Origin: the human T2T-CHM13v2.0 reference genome, Homo sapiens
DNA: 64,000 nt
Strand: one strand, 5' to 3'
NCBI RefSeq assembly: GCF_009914755.1
Contig: NC_060939.1
Program-made: the position numbers and the translations under genes
In this document: piece after piece, positions 58,150-64,000 of the stretch
How positions within the stretch are numbered: position 1 is the stretch's first letter
Layout: every line of letters starts with the position of its first letter
Notes under the pieces: generated by a model
What the model was told of the DNA's origin: nothing
What the model saw: only the letters and a program-made list of their open reading frames with translations
The model's database searches: none

Positions 58150-59484
58150 TATTATATACTGTAAATAAAATGTCAAAGTACACCAAATATATATTCTATA
58201 CTGTACATAAAATACCAAAGTCCGCCAAATATATATTCTATACAGAACATAAAATATCAAACTACCCAAACATATATTGTATACTGTACATAACATATCA
58301 AAGTACCCAAATTATATATTTTATACTCTATATAAAATATCAAAGTACCCAAACTATACATTATATATATTACATAAAATAAGAACTTGCATCAAATATA
58401 TATTATATTAGATACATAAAATATGAAATTACATCAAATATATATTATATACTGTACATAAAATATCAAAGAACCCCAAATATAAATTGTATACTGTACA
58501 TGAAATATCAAAGTTCACAAACTATATATTATATACTGTACAAAAAATATGAAAGTACCCAAAGTAGATATTCTATACTGTACAAAAAATACCAAAGTAC
58601 CCAAAGCATGTATTATATACTGTACATAAAATATGAAAGTTCATAAAATATATATTTTATTCTCTACATAAAATATCAAAGTACACCAAATATATACTCT
58701 ATACTTTACATAAAATTTCAAAGTACACAAACATTTATTGTGAACTGTAAATAAAATATCAAAGTAACCAAACTATATATTTTATATTGTACATAAAAAA
58801 TCAAAGTACCCAAACTATAGATTTTATACTGTACATAAAATATCAAAGTACACCAAATATATACTCTATACTGTTCATACAATATCAAAGCACCCAAACA
58901 AGTATTATATACTGTACATAATATATCAAAGTACACCAAATATATAATCTATACTGTACATAAAATAACAAAGTACATCAAATACATATTCTATACTGTA
59001 CATAAAATATCAAAATACCCAAACATATATTGTATACTGTACATAATATATCAAAGCACCAAAATTATATATTTTACACTATACATAAAATATCAAAGTA
59101 CCCAAACTATACATTATATACTGTACATAAAATATGAACTTACATCAAATATATATTATATTAGGTACATAAAACATGAAAGTACATCCAACATAGATTA
59201 TATACTGTACATAAAATATCAAAGTAACCCAAATATATATTATATACTGTACAAGAAATTTCAAAGTACACAAACTATATATTATATACTGTAGATAATA
59301 TATCAAACTACCCAAAGTATATATTCTACACTGTACAGAAAATATCAAAGTAACGAAAGCATGTATTATATACTGTACATAAAATATGAAAATACATAAA
59401 ATATATATTTTATTCTCTACATAAAATATTAAAGTGCAGCAAATATATATTCTATACTCTACAAAAAATATCAAAGTACCCAAA
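58150..59484 (+). repeat. Diverged junction-proximal HSat1A layer with ~753-bp (18-monomer) period
   Basis: CATATATTGTATACTGTACATAA at 58271 and 59024, and GCATG at 58606 and 59359, are both 753 bp apart. Monomers here carry many more substitutions than in the 378-bp zone. Confidence 0.8.
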
Positions 59485-62400
59485 GCATGTATTATATACT
59501 GTACATAAAATATGAAAGTACATCAAATATATATTTTATTCTGTACATAAAATATCAAAGTACACCAGATATACATTTTATAGTGTACATAAAATATCAA
59601 AGTACCCAAACTATACATTGTATACTGTACATAAAATATGAAATTACATCAAATATATATCATATTAGGTACATAAAATATGAAAGTACATCAAATATAG
59701 ATTATATACTGTACATAAAATATAAAGGAACCCCAAATATATATTACATACTGTACATGAAATATCAAACTTCACAAACTATATATTATATACTGTACAT
59801 AAAATATCAAAGTACCCAAGGTATATATTCTGTACTGTACAAAAAATATCAAAGAACCCAAAGCATGTATTATATACTGTACATAAAATATGAAAGTACA
59901 TCAAATATATATTTTATTCTGTACATAAAATATCAAAGTACACCAGATATATATTTTATCGTGTACATAAAATATCAAAGTACCCAAACTATACATTATA
60001 TACTGTACATAAAATATGAAATTACAGCAAATATATATTATATTAGGTACGTAAAATATGTAGGTACATCAATATAGATTATATACTGTACATAAAATAT
60101 CAAAGTACCCCAAATATATATTATATACTGTACATGAAATATCAAAGTTCACAAACTATATATTATATACTGTAGATAAAATATCAAAGTACCCAAGGTA
60201 TATATTCTATACTATACAAAAAATACCAAAGTACCCAAAGCATGTATTATATACTGTACATAAAATATGAAAGGACATCAAATATATATTTTATTCTGTA
60301 CATAAAATACAAAAGTACACCAGATATGTATTTTATCGTGTACATATAATATCAAAGTACCCAAACTATACATTATATACTGTACATAAAATATGAAATT
60401 ACATCAAATATATATTATATTAGTTACCTAAAATATGAAAGTACATCAAATATAGATTATTAACTGTACATAAAATATAAAAGAACCCCAAATATATATT
60501 ATATACTGTACATGAAATATCAAACTTCACAAACTATATATTATATACTGTACATAAAATATCAAAGTACCCAACGTATATATTCTATAGTGTACAAAAA
60601 ATATCAAAGTACCCAAAGCATGTATTATATACTGTACATAAAATATGAAAGTACATCAAATATATATTTTATTCTGTACATAAAATATCAAAGTACACCA
60701 GATATATATTTACATCAAATAGATATTTTATTCTGTACATAAAATATCAAAGTACACCAGATATATATTTTATCGTCTACATAAAATATCAAAGTACCCA
60801 AAGTATACATTATATACTGTACATAAAATATGAAATTACATCAAATATATATTATATTAGGTACATAAAATATGAAATTACATCAAATATAGATTATTAA
60901 CTGTACATAAAATATCAAAGAACCCCAAATATATATTATATACTGTACATGAAATATCAAACTTCACATACTATATATTATATACTGTACATAAAATATC
61001 AAAGTACCCAAGGTATATATTCTATACTGTATGAAATATATCAAAGTACCCAAAGCATGTATTATATACTGTACATAAAATATGAAAGTACATCAAATAT
61101 ATATTTTATTCTGTACATAAAATATCAAAGTACACCAGATATACATTTTATAGTGTACATAAAATATCAAAGTACCCAAACTATACATTGTATACTGTAC
61201 ATAAAATATGAAATTACATCAAATATATATCATATTAGGTACATAAAATATGAAAGTACATCAAATATAGATTATATACTGTACATAAAATATAAAGGAA
61301 CCCCAAATATATATTATATACTGTATATGAAATATCAAACTTCACAAACTATATATTATATACTGTACATAAAATATCAAAGTACCCAAGGTATATATTC
61401 TATACTGTACAAAAAATATCAAAGTACCCAAAGCATGTATTATATACTGTACATAAAATATGAGAGTACATCAAGTATATATTTTATTCTTTACATAAAA
61501 TATCAAAGTACACCAGATATATATTTTATCGTGTACATAAAATATCAAAGTACCCAAATTATACATTATATACTGTACATAAAATATGAAATTACCTCAA
61601 ATATATATTATATTAAGTACATAAAATATGAAAGTACATCAAATATAGATTATATACCGTACATAAAATATCAAAGAACCCCAAATATATATTATATACT
61701 GTACATGAAATATCAAAGTTCACAAACTATATATTATATACTGCACATAAAATATCAAAGTACCCAAGGTATATATTCTATACTGTACAAAATATATCAA
61801 AGTACCCAAAGCATGTATTATATACTGTACATAAAAGATGAAAGTACATCAAGTATATATTTTATTCTTTACATAAAATATCAAAGTACACCAGATATAT
61901 ATTTTATCATGTACATAAAATGTCAAAGTACGCAAACTATACATTATATACTGTACATAAAATATGAAATTACCTCAAATATATATTATATTAAGTACAA
62001 AAAATATTAAAGTACATCAAATATAGATTATATACCGTACATAAAATATCAAAGTACCCAAAGCATGTATTATATACTGTACATGAAAGATGAAAGTACA
62101 TCAAATATATATTTTATTCTGTACATAAAATATCATAGTACACCAGATATATATTTTATCGTGTACATAAAATATCAAAATACCCAAACTATACATTATA
62201 TACTGTACATAAAATATGAAATTACATCAAATATATATTATATTAGGTACATAAAATTTGAAAGTACATCAAATATAGATTATATACTGTACATAATATA
62301 TCAAAGTATCCCAAATATATATTATATACTGTACATGAAATATGAAAGTTCACAAACTATATACTATATACTGTACATAAAATATCAAAGTACCCAAGGT

Positions 62401-64000
62401 ACATATTCTATACCGTACAAAAAATATCAAAGTACCCAAAGCATGTATTATATACTGTACATAAAATATGAAAGTACATCAAATATATATTTTATTCTGT
62501 ACATAAAATATCAAAGTACACCAGATATATATTTTATAGTGTACATAAAATATCAAAGTACCCAAAGTATACATTATATACTGTACATAAAATATGAAAT
62601 TACATCAAATATATATTATATTAGGTACGTAAAATATGAAAGTACATCCAATATAGATTATATACTGTACATAAAATATCAAAGTACCCCAAATATATAT
62701 TATATACTGTACATGAAATATCAAACTACAAAGACTATATATTATATACTGTACATAAAACATCAAAGTACCCAAGGTATATATTCTATACTGTACAAAT
62801 ATATCAAAGTACCCAAAGCATGTATTATATACTGTACATAAAATATGAAAGTACATCAAATATATATTTTATTCTATACATAAAATATCAAAGTACACAA
62901 GATATATATTTTATCGTGTACATAAAAAATCAAAGTACAAAAACTATACATTATATACTGTACATTAAATATGAAATTACATCAAATATATATTAGGTAC
63001 GTAAAATATGAAGGTACATCAAATATAGATTATATACTGTACATAAAATATCAAAGTAGCCCAAATATATATTATATAATGTACATGAAATATCAAACTT
63101 AACAAACTATATATTATATACTGTACATAAAATATCAAAGTACCCAAAGTATATATTCTATACTGTACAAAAAATACCAAAGTACCCAAAGCATGTATTA
63201 TATACTGTACATAAAATATGAAAGTACATCAAATATATATTTTATTCTGTACATAAAATATCAAAGTACACCAGATATATATTTTATAGTGCATATAAAA
63301 TATCAAAGTACCCAAAGTATACATTATATACTGTACATAAAATATGAAATTACATCAAATATATATTATATTAGTTACATAAAATATGAAAGTACATCAA
63401 ATATAGATTATATACTGTACATAAAATATCAAAGTAACCCAAATATATATTATATACTGTACATGAAATATCAAAGTTCACAATCTATATATTATATACT
63501 TTAAATAAAATATCAAAGTACCCAAGGTATATATTCTAGGCTGTACAAAAAATATCAAAGTACCCAAAGCATGTATTATATACTGTACATAAAATATGAA
63601 AGTACGTCAAATATATATTTTATTCTGTATATAAAATATCAAAGTACACCAGATATATATTTTATAGTGTACATAAAATATCAAAGTACCCAAACTATAC
63701 ATTATATACTGTAGCTAAAATATGAAATTACATCAAATATATATTAGAATAGGTACATAAAATATGAAAGTACATCAAATATAGATTATATACTGTACAT
63801 AAAATATCAAAGTACCCCAAATATATATTTTATACTGTACATGAAATATCAAAGTTCACAAACTATATATTATATACTGCACATAAAATATCAAAGTACC
63901 CAAGGTATATATTCTATACTGTACAAATAATATCAAAGTACCCAAATTATGTATTATATACTGTACATAAAATATGAAAGTACATGAAATATATTTTATT
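59485..64000 (+). repeat. 378-bp (9 x 42 bp) higher-order repeat of HSat1A, about 12 copies
   Basis: Marker GCATG(TATTATATAC) occurs at 59485, 59863, 60240, 60618, 61055, 61433, 61811, 62063, 62441, 62818, 63191 and 63569. Spacings are 378, 377, 378, 437, 378, 378, 252, 378, 377, 373, 378. Confidence 0.93.
60652..60769 (+). repeat. 59-bp tandem duplication inside an HSat1A HOR
   Basis: TACATCAAATA(T/G)ATATTTTATTCTGTACATAAAATATCAAAGTACACCAGATATATATT at 60652-60710 and 60711-60769. This accounts for the 437-bp HOR (378+59). Confidence 0.88.

Larger units (their letters stand above)
58150..64000 (+). repeat. Human Satellite 1A (HSat1A/SAR, classical satellite I), 42-bp AT-rich tandem repeat
   Basis: Monomer of about AAAGTACCCAAACTATATATTATATACTGTACATAAAATATC (42 bp). 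Two GTAC (RsaI) sites divide it into 17-bp (GTACATAAAATATCAAA) and 25-bp (GTACCCAAACTATATATTATATACT) subunits, the classical satellite I A/B structure. Confidence 0.95.

Noticed and set aside
59487-63504. Tyr/Ile/Lys-rich ORFs (196, 353, 258 aa) with 14-aa and 126-aa periodicity
   Set aside because: Direct translation of the 42-bp and 378-bp repeats (both multiples of 3), broken by random indels. No evidence of coding constraint.
58150-64000. CRISPR-like appearance (conserved TACTGTACATAAAATATCAAAGTAC alternating with variable segments)
   Set aside because: The variable parts are short, mutually homologous and cycle every nine monomers. There are no unique spacers, leader or cas genes, and the context is eukaryotic satellite.
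1-64000. Hidden TE, rDNA, telomeric or unique-sequence insert, or an inversion
   Set aside because: Reading through the window, I found no stretch departing from the two satellite consensus patterns for more than ~15 bp and no strand switch.

Overview
The whole window is primate (almost certainly human or great-ape) pericentromeric/acrocentric-type satellite DNA and contains no credible protein-coding gene, RNA gene, transposon or CRISPR array. Bases 1-58149 are Human Satellite 3 (GGAAT)n with the G-rich strand on +, interrupted by CAACCCGA(G/A)T / CAACACGA(G/A)T decamers. At 58149/58150 it switches abruptly, with no linker, to AT-rich Human Satellite 1A (42-bp monomer, 378-bp 9-mer higher-order repeat). 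All ORFs in the track are repeat artefacts. The interesting content is architectural and regulatory: nested kb-scale duplications in HSat3 (3.8-4.0 kb, an apparently identical 6066-bp pair, a second ~6.05-kb pair, 1.4 kb, and 2.1 kb with a nested ~470 bp); three perfect heat-shock elements and one perfect CRE created by point variants; a repeated AATAAA plus downstream TTTTGTGG module; and a diverged 753-bp (18-mer) HSat1A layer at the junction. Coordinates and periods were read by eye from marker motifs and the ORF track, not from alignments.
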